Source of the DNA: Candidatus Obscuribacteraceae bacterium | GTDB taxonomy: Bacteria > Cyanobacteriota > Vampirovibrionia > Obscuribacterales > Obscuribacteraceae | DNA length: 64,000 nt | NCBI GenBank assembly: GCA_044229845.1 | Contig: JBGASG010000008.1 | Span: forward strand, 128,001-192,000 | Reading direction: 5' to 3' | In this document: piece after piece, positions 9,608 to 19,700 of the stretch | How positions within the stretch are numbered: the first letter of the stretch is position 1 | Layout of the letters: each line of letters starts with the position of its first letter | Notes under the pieces: generated by a model | The model's input: only the letters and a program-made list of their open reading frames with translations | Databases searched by the model: none | What the model was told of the DNA's origin: nothing | Made by a program: the position numbers and the translations under genes

Positions 9608-11757
9608 TATTCTTCTTGTCCAGAACCGAGTGAGTAGAACCCTCTCCCACTGCTCACGTACTTACGCACCAGTTGGGAGACCTGACGCGGCGGATTGCTG
9701 CGCGCATAAATCTCTTCCAGCTTGTCCATGGCGAACGGCAAAGTCAAACTGTCGGCCCAGCGCAAGACGCCACCGCGAAACGCCGGGAAGCCGATGCCCT
9801 GAACCAGAGCCATATCCACTTCCCGCGGACGCATAACAATGCGCTCCTCCAGGCAGCGAGCGGCTTCATCAACCATCGGCAGAAACAGCTTATAGACAAT
9901 TTCCTGCTTGGTGGCTTCATCCGGTTTCTCGCTGGAGAGTTTGAAGCCGGATTCGGCAACCATACCTTCGTTGTAGCCGCCCTTCTTGCCGGTTTCGTCA
10001 TAGTGAAAAATGCGCGTGCCTGTCCGCTGTCCGTACGCACGTACCGCCTCCACACGCTCCATAACATCGGTGGAGGCAAAGCGTGTTCCAAAGGCATTGT
10101 GCAGGGTCTGCGCCACTTCGCACGAAAGGTCCAGCCCCACTTGGTCCAGCACTTCCCACGGACCCATCGGCATGCCGAATTCCACAATCGCGGAATCTAT
10201 CCAGGAAAGAGGCAGCCCTTCGGCAGCCATCTGCGCCGCTTCATACAAGCAGCACGTGATCAGACGATTGATCAAAAATCCCGGTCCGTCTTTCAATAAA
10301 ACCGGTGTTTTGTCGAGGGCGCACACCACACCAGCGGCGGTGGCGACCGCGGCTTTCGATGTGGCCGGCACCGAGATAATCTCGGCAAGCGGCATGCGCT
10401 CTACCGGCGTGAAGAAGTGCACGCCGAGAAATCGCTCAGGGTGCTCGACTGCGGCGGCCAGTTCTTTGAGGGGCAAGCAAGAGGTGTTGCTGGCAATCAC
10501 GCAATCGGGGCGTACCACCTGACTGACTGCCCGCAAGAGATCCGTCTTCACCGGCATGTCTTCGACGGTGGTCTCCAGCACGAAGTTAACGTCGGCTATG
10601 GCTTTTAGATCCGGCTCGATACTGATTGAATCGCTGACCAACTCGGGCGGAAAATCGTGCACCACCCGCACGCGGGCAGCCACTGCGTTCAAGCGTTCTA
10701 AGGTACGTCCAGTCCGTCCTTCATCGACGCAGAGGATCACTTTGACACCGTACGCCGCAGCCAGCGCTGCGATGCTGGTGGCCATCATGCCGCCCCCGAG
10801 CACAGCGATGGTGCCGACATCGCGGGCACCAAACTTGGCAGCCATATTTTGCGCCGACTGTTTGGCGAAATCTGTGGCAAAGAAGAGGCTCATCAAATTA
10901 GCGCTGACCTCGCCCAATGCCAGGTCGGCAAAAGTCTCGCTTTCCAGCTGCAAACCGGCCTCGATACCGTTGGCGATACCACAGCGAATTACTTCAATGG
11001 CTCTCGTTTGAGCCGGATAGTTGCCTCGTGTCTTGACGCGAACAGCGCGCTCAGTGATCGCCAGAAGTTTCTTCGACCGCTCATCGGACAGTTCATTGCC
11101 GAGATCGCGTTTGAGAGTGACTTTGCCGTCGGCAAGCTCCAGGGCAAACTTCTCCGCTTCATCAAGAAGCTGGTCGCGCTCGCAAAGTCGATCGACGATG
11201 TTCTTTGCCAGTGCGTCCTGGGCGGACAACGGTTCGGCGCTCAAAATCACATCGAGAGCTGTCTTCAGCCCGGACAGGCGCGGCAAGCGCTGGGTTCCGC
11301 CCAAACCGGGGATCAGCCCGATGCGTGTCTCAGGCAGACCAAGCAGCGTCGACTTGCTGTTGGTGGCGATGCGAGCCGTGCAGCTGAGCGCCAGCTCTAA
11401 TCCGCCACCGAGACAGATACCATGGATAGCTGCCACCACCGGTATGGGCAACTGGGAGAGTCGGTGCAAACCGCGTTGACCACGCCGGGAGAGATCGCCT
11501 ATCGACTCACGAGTGGTCAACTTGCGCACTTCTTGCAAGTCCGCTCCCAGACAGAACGAATCAGGCTTGCCACTGGCGACGACCAGAGCCTTGATGTCTT
11601 TGTCCTTGAGGACATGGTCCATCAATTCTTCGAGTTCGGCGACGGTGATGCCGCCAATGGCATTCACCTTGCCCGGTCCGTCGAGCAGCACCAGGGCGCA
11701 ACCGGAAGGTTTCTTGATCAGCATCAGCTGACGGGTGGGGGTGGCCGTTTCAGTCAT
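9607..11757 (-). CDS. fadJ: Fatty-acid oxidation complex alpha subunit (enoyl-CoA hydratase/3-hydroxyacyl-CoA dehydrogenase, FadJ/FadB-like)
   Basis: Crotonase motifs GADL, GGGLELAL, LPETRIGLIPG.GGTQRLPR; dehydrogenase motifs SNTS, GVHFF, PGFLINR, GIGFP.FRGG. The Rossmann motif is slightly degenerate (GGGMMA). Confidence 0.88.
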   Translation of the reverse strand: MTETATPTRQLMLIKKPSGCALVLLDGPGKVNAIGGITVAELEELMDHVLKDKDIKALVVASGKPDSFCLGADLQEVRKLTTRESIGDLSRRGQRGLHRLSQLPIPVVAAIHGICLGGGLELALSCTARIATNSKSTLLGLPETRIGLIPGLGGTQRLPRLSGLKTALDVILSAEPLSAQDALAKNIVDRLCERDQLLDEAEKFALELADGKVTLKRDLGNELSDERSKKLLAITERAVRVKTRGNYPAQTRAIEVIRCGIANGIEAGLQLESETFADLALGEVSANLMSLFFATDFAKQSAQNMAAKFGARDVGTIAVLGGGMMATSIAALAAAYGVKVILCVDEGRTGRTLERLNAVAARVRVVHDFPPELVSDSISIEPDLKAIADVNFVLETTVEDMPVKTDLLRAVSQVVRPDCVIASNTSCLPLKELAAAVEHPERFLGVHFFTPVERMPLAEIISVPATSKAAVATAAGVVCALDKTPVLLKDGPGFLINRLITCCLYEAAQMAAEGLPLSWIDSAIVEFGMPMGPWEVLDQVGLDLSCEVAQTLHNAFGTRFASTDVMERVEAVRAYGQRTGTRIFHYDETGKKGGYNEGMVAESGFKLSSEKPDEATKQEIVYKLFLPMVDEAARCLEERIVMRPREVDMALVQGIGFPAFRGGVLRWADSLTLPFAMDKLEEIYARSNPPRQVSQLVRKYVSSGRGFYSLGSGQEE

Positions 11758-12298
11758 TGTCTTTAGTCAACTTCAATTGCTTACGGATGCCCACGCCTTT
11801 CAGCATGAGGGCAACACCGGCGGCTAGGGGGACGAACATGAGTATAAAGCTAATGGCGCTCACCATCGGGAAGGTGATGACCAGCTGCGAGAGAATGGTA
11901 AAGATTACCAGCGCCAGTCCCAGTCCGGTGACGATGTAACCGGCTCGCCACTTGCTGTTGTAGAAGATCATGCCGATACCGATCAGCAGAGGCAAGAAGA
12001 CAAAACCGCCGCCTCCCGCTCCGAATCCCAACCAGGCGAGAGCACCCGTGCCGATGCGAATATTGCTGAACACCATCAGGATGCCAACCGCCAGAGCCAC
12101 CAGACCGCCGATCATATAAAGATCGGCTTTCAGCTCCTCACCGTCGTCGGCGACTGCGTGCTTTTTGGCGCCCCCAGACTTGGCTTCGCGCTTTTCTTCT
12201 TCGCGCGCCACTTCGTCTTGTTTGAGCTCTTCCTGGTGTAGAGCCAGTTCTAGCTGCTCTAGTTTGTTTTCTATTTCGTCATCCCGTTTTTTGGGCAT
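11750..12298 (-). CDS. Hypothetical membrane protein (charged N-terminus plus about 4 TM helices)
   Basis: Four hydrophobic segments; overlaps the start of the fadJ-like gene, implying an operon. Confidence 0.75.
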   Translation of the reverse strand: MPKKRDDEIENKLEQLELALHQEELKQDEVAREEEKREAKSGGAKKHAVADDGEELKADLYMIGGLVALAVGILMVFSNIRIGTGALAWLGFGAGGGGFVFLPLLIGIGMIFYNSKWRAGYIVTGLGLALVIFTILSQLVITFPMVSAISFILMFVPLAAGVALMLKGVGIRKQLKLTKDND

Positions 12299-12330
12299 GG
12301 CTTGCTGGCTTCCTCAAATGAGCCGGGTGC

Positions 12331-14019
12331 TTACAATACAGACTTGTCAGCGGTTTTTCCAGCCTCTGCCTGCTCTCTGAAACGTTGTGCAATAGGCATG
12401 CGCCAGCCAAATCCGAACGACTGCGAGGTCACCTTGAGCCCCGGCGCCGCTTGATATCGTTTGTACTCGTTGCGGTCGATGCGGTTGACTACATCCATAA
12501 CCACATCCGGGCGATACCCCAGCTTGACAATCTCGGCTGCCGATTTGCGCTCTTCGACATAAGCCCGCAATATGCCGTCCAGCACCACATATGGAGGCAA
12601 CGTGTCCTGGTCTTTTTGGTCCGGACGCAGCTCCGCCGATGGTGGCTTCTCGATGGTAGCGGCAGGAATAATTTCGTGCGCGTTGATCTCATTGATGTAT
12701 TGGGCCAGCTCGTAGACCATCATCTTCGGCAAGTCGGATATCACCGCCAGTCCGCCGCACATGTCGCCGTATAAAGTGCAATAACCGACAGCCAGTTCAG
12801 ACTTGTTGCCGGTGGTCAAAACTAAATAACCGAATTTGTTGGACAGCGACATCAAAATCAAACCGCGCAATCGGGCTTGCATGTTCTCTTCCGTGAGGTC
12901 GGGCTGGGTATCCGCGAAGAGCGGCGCCAGAGTTTCTTCCATAGCCGTCATGCCGAGATTGATCGGCACCACTTCGTGGCGAATACCGAGGTTGGCGGCC
13001 AGCTGTTTGGCGTCGGTGATGCTGCCCTCAGATGAGTGAGGCGAAGGCATCAACACACCCATGACGCTCTCGGCGCCCAGCGCATCCACAGCCAGTGCCG
13101 CCACCACCGCCGAATCGATGCCGCCGGAAAGTCCGACTACCGCTCTGGTGAAACCACACTTGCGCATGTAGTCGCGCGTGCCCAACACAAGCGCCTTGTG
13201 GATGTTTTCGACGTTGTCTTCCGGACACTGGCGAATCGGACCGGCACCGGTTTGCAGGTCGACCAGAATCAGGTCTTCCTGGAATGCCGCCGCCTGCGCG
13301 ATTAAGGTGCCGCCAGCGTCGACAACGATGGAACGCCCGTCGAATATCAGCTCGTCGTTGCCGCCGACTTGATTGACGTATACGACCGGAATCTGGTTTT
13401 TCTGCGCGTGGCTGCGCACCAGCTCGTGGCGAATATGCTGCTTGCCTATCGAATAGGGAGATGCCGAGATATTGATGAGCAGCTGAGGTTTGCCGGTTGT
13501 GCTCGATATGAGCTTGGCGATCGGATCATGTTGATACCGCGGGCGGGGATATATCGAGCCCTCGTTCCAGATATCTTCGCAAATCGATAGACCGATTAGA
13601 TTTTCTCCCAGCGTGGCACAGCCGTGCGTCACTGCCGGCTCGAAATAACGGTCTTCGTCAAAGACATCGTATGTGGGTAGAAGAGTCTTATATTGCACGG
13701 TCTGCATGACGCCGCCATGGAGGAAGGCACACGCGTTTCGCAACGGCCGACCGGGATGCTCGTTTCTGTCGACAAAGCCGAGAACCACAGCTATATGCGC
13801 CAGTCGTGCTTGTATATCTGCAACACCCTGTAAAGTCGCATCCACGAAACTAGGCTTCAGTAGCAGATCGAGCGGTGGATATCCGCAGACGGCCAGCTCC
13901 GGAAACACAACCATATCAGCGCCCAAATCGCTGGACCGGAGCCCGTAGTCGACGATCCGCTCAACATTACCGGTGATGTCACCGACCGTTGGATTAATTT
14001 GTGCCAGAGCGATTTTCAT
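12331..14019 (-). CDS. nadE: Glutamine-dependent NAD+ synthetase
   Basis: Nitrilase domain (FPEL, K, ICEDIW) fused to the synthetase domain (SGGIDS, ENMQARLR, TGNKSE, PPSAELRPDQ). Confidence 0.96.
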   Translation of the reverse strand: MKIALAQINPTVGDITGNVERIVDYGLRSSDLGADMVVFPELAVCGYPPLDLLLKPSFVDATLQGVADIQARLAHIAVVLGFVDRNEHPGRPLRNACAFLHGGVMQTVQYKTLLPTYDVFDEDRYFEPAVTHGCATLGENLIGLSICEDIWNEGSIYPRPRYQHDPIAKLISSTTGKPQLLINISASPYSIGKQHIRHELVRSHAQKNQIPVVYVNQVGGNDELIFDGRSIVVDAGGTLIAQAAAFQEDLILVDLQTGAGPIRQCPEDNVENIHKALVLGTRDYMRKCGFTRAVVGLSGGIDSAVVAALAVDALGAESVMGVLMPSPHSSEGSITDAKQLAANLGIRHEVVPINLGMTAMEETLAPLFADTQPDLTEENMQARLRGLILMSLSNKFGYLVLTTGNKSELAVGYCTLYGDMCGGLAVISDLPKMMVYELAQYINEINAHEIIPAATIEKPPSAELRPDQKDQDTLPPYVVLDGILRAYVEERKSAAEIVKLGYRPDVVMDVVNRIDRNEYKRYQAAPGLKVTSQSFGFGWRMPIAQRFREQAEAGKTADKSVL

Positions 14020-14174
14020 GAGCTGTCCCTATTCGCCCGATATCGGCGCAGGTCCGCATTCCGAGCCGAACACCATTATATGAATAAGGCCTTGTCAGTT
14101 CCATGTCAACAGCTATAATCGAATTATCCTTGACTGACTTTCCTCCCACCTTACTAGGAAGGCCGCCCCTCCGC

Positions 14175-15560
14175 ATGAGTCTCGCACCCCGCCGGCGACC
14201 GTTGTTCGCCCTTTTATCCGCCCTTGCAATCCTCACTTCCGCAGCCACATCCCTGGTGGTGCCGCAAGCCGCCACGGCTCGTGAATCGTCCGCCGCCGGA
14301 CACACCGCCGATGGTGCCGGACTATGGATCACCATGTGGGACTATCCGAGCGGAGACCTCGATGCCTACTGCAACAACCTGCGTGCCAACGGCATCCGCA
14401 ACCTCTTCGTGCAGACCTCTCGCAGCAATACACCTGCGATCGTCAAACCGACCGAACTGGGCAATTTGATCGACGCCTGTCACCGCCATCAAATCCGCGT
14501 TGTTGCCTGGTCATTTGCCACTCTCACCAGCCCGGTCGCCGATGCCGACAAAATGGTGGCAGCCGCTGAGTTTACCTCTCCAGGCGGCGACCGCATCGAC
14601 GGACTGGCACCGGATCTGGAGACCAATCTCGAGTTGTGGCGCGTCGAAGCCTACAGCAAGCGGTTGCGCGAGAAACTGGGCAACAACTATCCTTTGACCG
14701 CCGTGGTCTACAGCCCGCTCAACAAGGCTCCGGAAGTGGCTCGCACACCGTGGCGCTTGCTGGCCAAGTACTACGACGTGATCGCGCCGATGGCTTACTG
14801 GAACAGCAAGTGGGCCAAGCTCGATGCCTATGAATACACGGTCGAGACTGTCCAGCGCATCCGCGAACTGACCGCGCGCCCGGACATGGAGATTCACGTG
14901 ATCGGCGATGGCATGGGCACCAAGAAAGACGCGATTGCCATGTTCATGAAAGGCTGCCAGCGCGCCGAGGCGACCAGCGCCAGTCTGTATCCCAACCACA
15001 AGGTGACCGACGAACAGCTGGCATCGATGTCGCGCTACAGCGACTACTTCAAAGCCAACTCGCGCGTGCGCCTGGCGGCATTCAAAGAAATGATGAACGG
15101 CGGTGACCTGAATGCCCCGCCCCTCAGCGACCCGTCGCAGCCGATCAACCGTGGCGACTTCTACGCACTGGTCTGCAAGCAACTGGTGCTGCGCGGCAGC
15201 GCCAAAGCCACCAGCATGCGCGATTTGAGCCAGTTGGAAGCCTATCAGTTGTTGCTCAACAGCGGCATGTTGCCCCAGCCCACCAAGATGGGTGATGCTT
15301 GCGAAAGGCTGATTCTGCCTATATCGCAGCAAGAAGCGACGTCGTTGATTGCCCATGTGGTCGCCTCCAAACACGGAGGGCATCACGGGCGCAGTCGGCA
15401 TATCTCAGCCATCGGCCGCGGCAGTGTCGGCGCGTTGATTGGCGGGCATCTGACTCCGCCAGCAGCGGCAGCCATGCCGGCGGTGCCGACCTCGGCGGCC
15501 AATGCAGTCAACTATCTCGATGCAGCGCACATGGTGCTGCAAGCGCGCTCGTCACTTTAG
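14175..15560 (+). CDS. Secreted putative glycoside hydrolase-like (TIM barrel) protein with SLH-like C-terminal region
   Basis: Signal peptide; GLWITMW, VVAWSF, GLAPDLE and IAPMAYW segments; INRGDF and ISQQEA resemble SLH motifs. Function is inferred. Confidence 0.55.
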   Translation: MSLAPRRRPLFALLSALAILTSAATSLVVPQAATARESSAAGHTADGAGLWITMWDYPSGDLDAYCNNLRANGIRNLFVQTSRSNTPAIVKPTELGNLIDACHRHQIRVVAWSFATLTSPVADADKMVAAAEFTSPGGDRIDGLAPDLETNLELWRVEAYSKRLREKLGNNYPLTAVVYSPLNKAPEVARTPWRLLAKYYDVIAPMAYWNSKWAKLDAYEYTVETVQRIRELTARPDMEIHVIGDGMGTKKDAIAMFMKGCQRAEATSASLYPNHKVTDEQLASMSRYSDYFKANSRVRLAAFKEMMNGGDLNAPPLSDPSQPINRGDFYALVCKQLVLRGSAKATSMRDLSQLEAYQLLLNSGMLPQPTKMGDACERLILPISQQEATSLIAHVVASKHGGHHGRSRHISAIGRGSVGALIGGHLTPPAAAAMPAVPTSAANAVNYLDAAHMVLQARSSL

Positions 15561-15980
15561 GTCATCGGCTAGAGCATCCGCTCGTATCTACTTAACTCGG
15601 CCCAAGTGGCGGCCGCGAAGCGAGCGCGATGACTCGATGCAGCCCCTCGAATCCATTTATTGATGGGTTATTACTTCGAAAAGCGGGTAAATGGCTTATA
15701 CGTCAGTGAGTGCTGGTTTGGAAGGAGACATAGGAGTCTCGAGGTTGCCATCTGGGTGGCATAATCAGCCTTTTCGCTGCCATTAAATCTGCATCTTTAT
15801 CGATTTAAAGGTGTTATCCTGTTAGTAGCTAAAAATACGATGGATTCAGGTGTTCAGCCTGATTCACCCGCACACGAAAGGGGGCAATCCTGACCTGCGG
15901 GACATAGGTTTCATTCGGAAGGGTGGCAGCGAGGCTGTCAGCCCTTTTCGTCGTTTTATAGGGTGTTAGGAGGTTCTCGC

Positions 15981-16580
15981 ATGCATGTAACCGTCACCGG
16001 ACGAAACATAGACCTGACTCCTCCATTGAAAGAGTACTTGATGGACAAACTGCGCCGAGCGCAGAAGCATTTCGATCATCCGCTGGAAGTAACCGCAACG
16101 CTCAGCGTTGCTAAGAACCCATCCATAGCCGACAACCAGACCGTTGAGGTAAGCATCAAAGTCAACGGCACTGTCATCCGCGGCGAAGAATCGACCGAAA
16201 ACATGTACGCATCAATCGACCTCGTCGCCGACAAGATTGAGCGTCAGTTGCGCAAATACAAGACCAAGTACTGGCACAAGGGAGCCAAGGGCAACGGGCA
16301 TCGCGTCGCCGACGACGACGAGCCGGTTGTGCTGGACACGGGCGCAGAAGAAGACGATGAAATGGCAGTTGTTCGCGCCATGAACTTCGACGATCTCAAG
16401 CCGAAAATCGTCCGTTCCAAGCGTTTTCCATTGAAGCCCATGACTGCCGAAGAGGCCGCCGCCCACATGGATCTGCTAGGACATGACTTCTTCATGTTCA
16501 TCAACTCAGATTCCGGTCAGGTCAACACGGTCTATCACCGTCGCGACGGCAACTACGGACTGATTGAACCGGAAGTCTGA
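15981..16580 (+). CDS. hpf: Long-form ribosome hibernation promoting factor (HPF/RaiA/LrtA)
   Basis: AGGAGG RBS; VTGRNIDLT, MYASIDLVADKIERQLRKYK and the C-terminal S30AE domain PMTAEEA...LLGHDFF...YHRRDGNYGLIEP. Confidence 0.95.
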   Translation: MHVTVTGRNIDLTPPLKEYLMDKLRRAQKHFDHPLEVTATLSVAKNPSIADNQTVEVSIKVNGTVIRGEESTENMYASIDLVADKIERQLRKYKTKYWHKGAKGNGHRVADDDEPVVLDTGAEEDDEMAVVRAMNFDDLKPKIVRSKRFPLKPMTAEEAAAHMDLLGHDFFMFINSDSGQVNTVYHRRDGNYGLIEPEV

Positions 16581-16721
16581 AGTCCGGACACCAAAATCCA
16601 GGTTTAAATTACGTTGACTCTAGGTCTAACCCTCGGGCGGGCTTCAACGGTTTCCTTTAGAATCGCTAAGTGGGATTCGTGCTCTCGCCTTTTTTCTGCA
16701 CTTTTTTGAGGTATTCCGGCT

Positions 16722-19700
16722 TTGGGTAACAACGTCTTTTTGGCGTCGCGTCGCAAGAGGGTCTCTCTCTTGATTTCCTGCCTGAGCACGCTATTGGCAG
16801 CCACCGTCACCATCTCGCCCTGGTCGCCGTCTCCCAGCAACTTTGCATACGCTGCCGCCAGCGGAGCGGTAATCAGCCTCAACAACGAAGGCGTCAAAGC
16901 ACTCAACGCCGGCAACTATCAACTCGCCATTCAGAAATTCGAAGCCGCTTACAAGCTCGACCCCACCTATCAACTGGCGCGGGAGAACCTCGCCATCGCC
17001 TACAACAACTACGGTCTGCAGATGCAGAACAACCCGGGCGAAGCCATCAAGTGGTTCCACAAGTCACTGTCGCTCAACCCGAACAACGCCACCACTCAAG
17101 GCAACCTCAACACCATCGTGCAGATGCTGGGCAAAAACCCGGGCAGCTACAAAGACCGCATGGAGATGGGACGGGCAGCGCGTCTCGCCGGCGACTTCGA
17201 TGGTGCCATCGTCGAATATGCAGCGGCGCTGCGCATCAAAGACGACCCCAAATTGCATGCCGACCTCGGCGATGTTTACCGCGTGCGCGATCGGCTTGAT
17301 GACGCCATTCGCGAGTTTCAGGCAGCACTGAAGTCCGGCGTAGATCCGGCAACCGCCGCCGATGTCAACGTAAAACTCGGTCAGGCATTCCAGGCCAAGA
17401 AAGACCTCAAGTCGGCGATCGTGGCTTACGGTGAGGCGATCAAAGCCAAGCCCGACGACCGCGACGTGCTCGATGCCTTGCAAGCCGGTTGGGAACAGGC
17501 TCTGCGCGAGAATCCCCAGGCACCGGAAAACCATATCGGTCTCGGACAAGCGCTGCAATACCGCGGCGACTTCCAGCAAGCCGAAGCCGAATACAAGATG
17601 GCTCTGCGTTTCGATCCCAACAATGCCATCGCCAAACGGCTCCTGGCAGGCATCCCCGATGCCAAACGGCAGTCCGCGATCAACAAGAACATCAACGCCG
17701 GCGTCGACTTGCAAGCACGCAAGCAATACGACATGGCTATCGCTCAATATTTGGAAGCACTGAAAGCTGATCCGAAAAACGTCGACGTGATCGTCAACAT
17801 CGGGACCGCATTCCAGGCGAAGGGCGACTACGACAACGCGATTGCCTACTACCAGAAAGCTCAGGCGATTCAGCCCAGTAATCAATTAGCGGCGCAAGGC
17901 ATCAAAGCATCAACCGCTGAGAAACGCGAGAAGATGCTGGAAGCCGCAGGCAAAGCCGGTCAGGAACTGTTTGCTGCCAAGAAATACCCTGAAGCTCTCG
18001 CTGCATATCAAAAGGTAGCGGCGGCGCAACCGGAAGATCCGGAAAACCACTTCAACATCGGCGCCGTGCTGCAAGCTATGGGTCGGTTGGATGAAGCGAT
18101 TGCCGAGTACAACCAGGCGATCCGCTTGAACAAAGATCCCAAGGAGAAACGGTACGACGACGCTCTTGCTGCGGCACGGAAGAAGAAAGCCGATCCGATT
18201 ATGGAACAGGCAGTCGCCGCCCACAAAGCCAAGGACTACAACAAGGCGATCGATCTGTATCAACAAGCAATCAGCTTGCAGCCCGACAACGCCAGCTTGT
18301 ACTTCAACCTGGCTGGTGCTCTGTACTCGCGTGAGAATTATCCGGACGCGCAGAAGAACTACGAGAAAGCGCTGCAACTGGATCCGAAAGGACAAGTCGA
18401 CGACCTCTGGTTGATCGGCGCCATTCAAGAACACATGGGCGATGGCTATGCCGCCATGGGCTCGTACCGCAAATATGTGACGCAGGCACCGAGCGGAAAA
18501 TTCATCGCGTTAGCCAAGGACCGTCTTGATGCCCTGACAAGAAACCCGCGCGACACGCAGAAGATCAAGAACGAAGCCGAGCTGAATGCCATCGCCTCCG
18601 CCGGTGACGCGTACAAAGCTGGTACGGCCGCGTACGCCGAAAAACGCTACGACGAAGCCCTCGCCGCGTATCAGAAGGCATTCGCCGCGCAGCCGAAAGA
18701 ACCTGCCTACGCCTACGCAGTCGGCACCGCTTTTCACGCGAAGCAAGACTACGACAACGCAATGAAGTGGTATCAATCCGCTGCCGAAATTTTGAAGGGA
18801 CAGACTAAACCGGATCCGGTCCTGGTCAAGGACATTCCGGCAGCCATGGAAAAAGCCATGGGCGACAAAGCCGAGCCAATTGCTAAAGCTGCTGTCGAGA
18901 AACAAACAGCCGGCGACCTTGCGGGCGCTATAGCGATGTATAACCAGGCACTACAGCTGATACCAAAGAACGCTCCCCTGTGGACAAACTTAGGTTCCGC
19001 CTACCAAAACAGCGACGACTTCCAGAACGCGCGCAACGCGTATCAAAAGGCTCTGGACCTCGACAAGAAAGCCTCGTGCGCCAACTACTATTTGCTCGCC
19101 AAAATCGATGAGCACTTCGGCAAGGCATCGGACGCGCTCAACAACTATCGCAAGTACCTCTCGGAATGTGGTGGCGGACAGTTCTCCGCCGACGCCAACG
19201 ATCGCGTCAAGATACTGGCACAGGGCGGACCGACGCAGAAGCTATCGACCCAAGCTGAAATCAAAACAGCCAAGGCCGCCGGCGATGCATTCGATGCAGC
19301 CACCAAAGCGCAGACAGCCGGCAACTGGGACGAAGCAATCGCCAACTACAACAAAGCGATTCAGATTCAACCGAAGGAACCGGCTTATCTGTTCGGCTTG
19401 GGTTCCGCCTATCAAGGAAAGCAGGACTTTGCAAACGCAATCGTCTGGTATCAAAAGGCAGTCGACCTGGCCAACTCGCCCGAGTTGAAGACAAAGTATA
19501 AGGATCAAATCGCTGAGTACAGTAAATATCTGGGCATCGCCAAGACAGGCGCCATGCAACCGATCGCTGACGAAGCACTGAAACTGTTCCAGGCGCAAGA
19601 CTACAAGGGTGCGGCTGGAAAGTACCGTCAAGCTCTAACCATGATGCCCGACGATCCGGACCTGCACCTCAACCTGGCAGCAGCACTGCAGGCCGCCGAC

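Noticed and set aside
15600..15980. Known raiA-motif RNA or a named riboswitch upstream of hpf
   Set aside because: I could not match the conserved sequence of the raiA motif or common riboswitches by eye; reported only as an unclassified structured leader.
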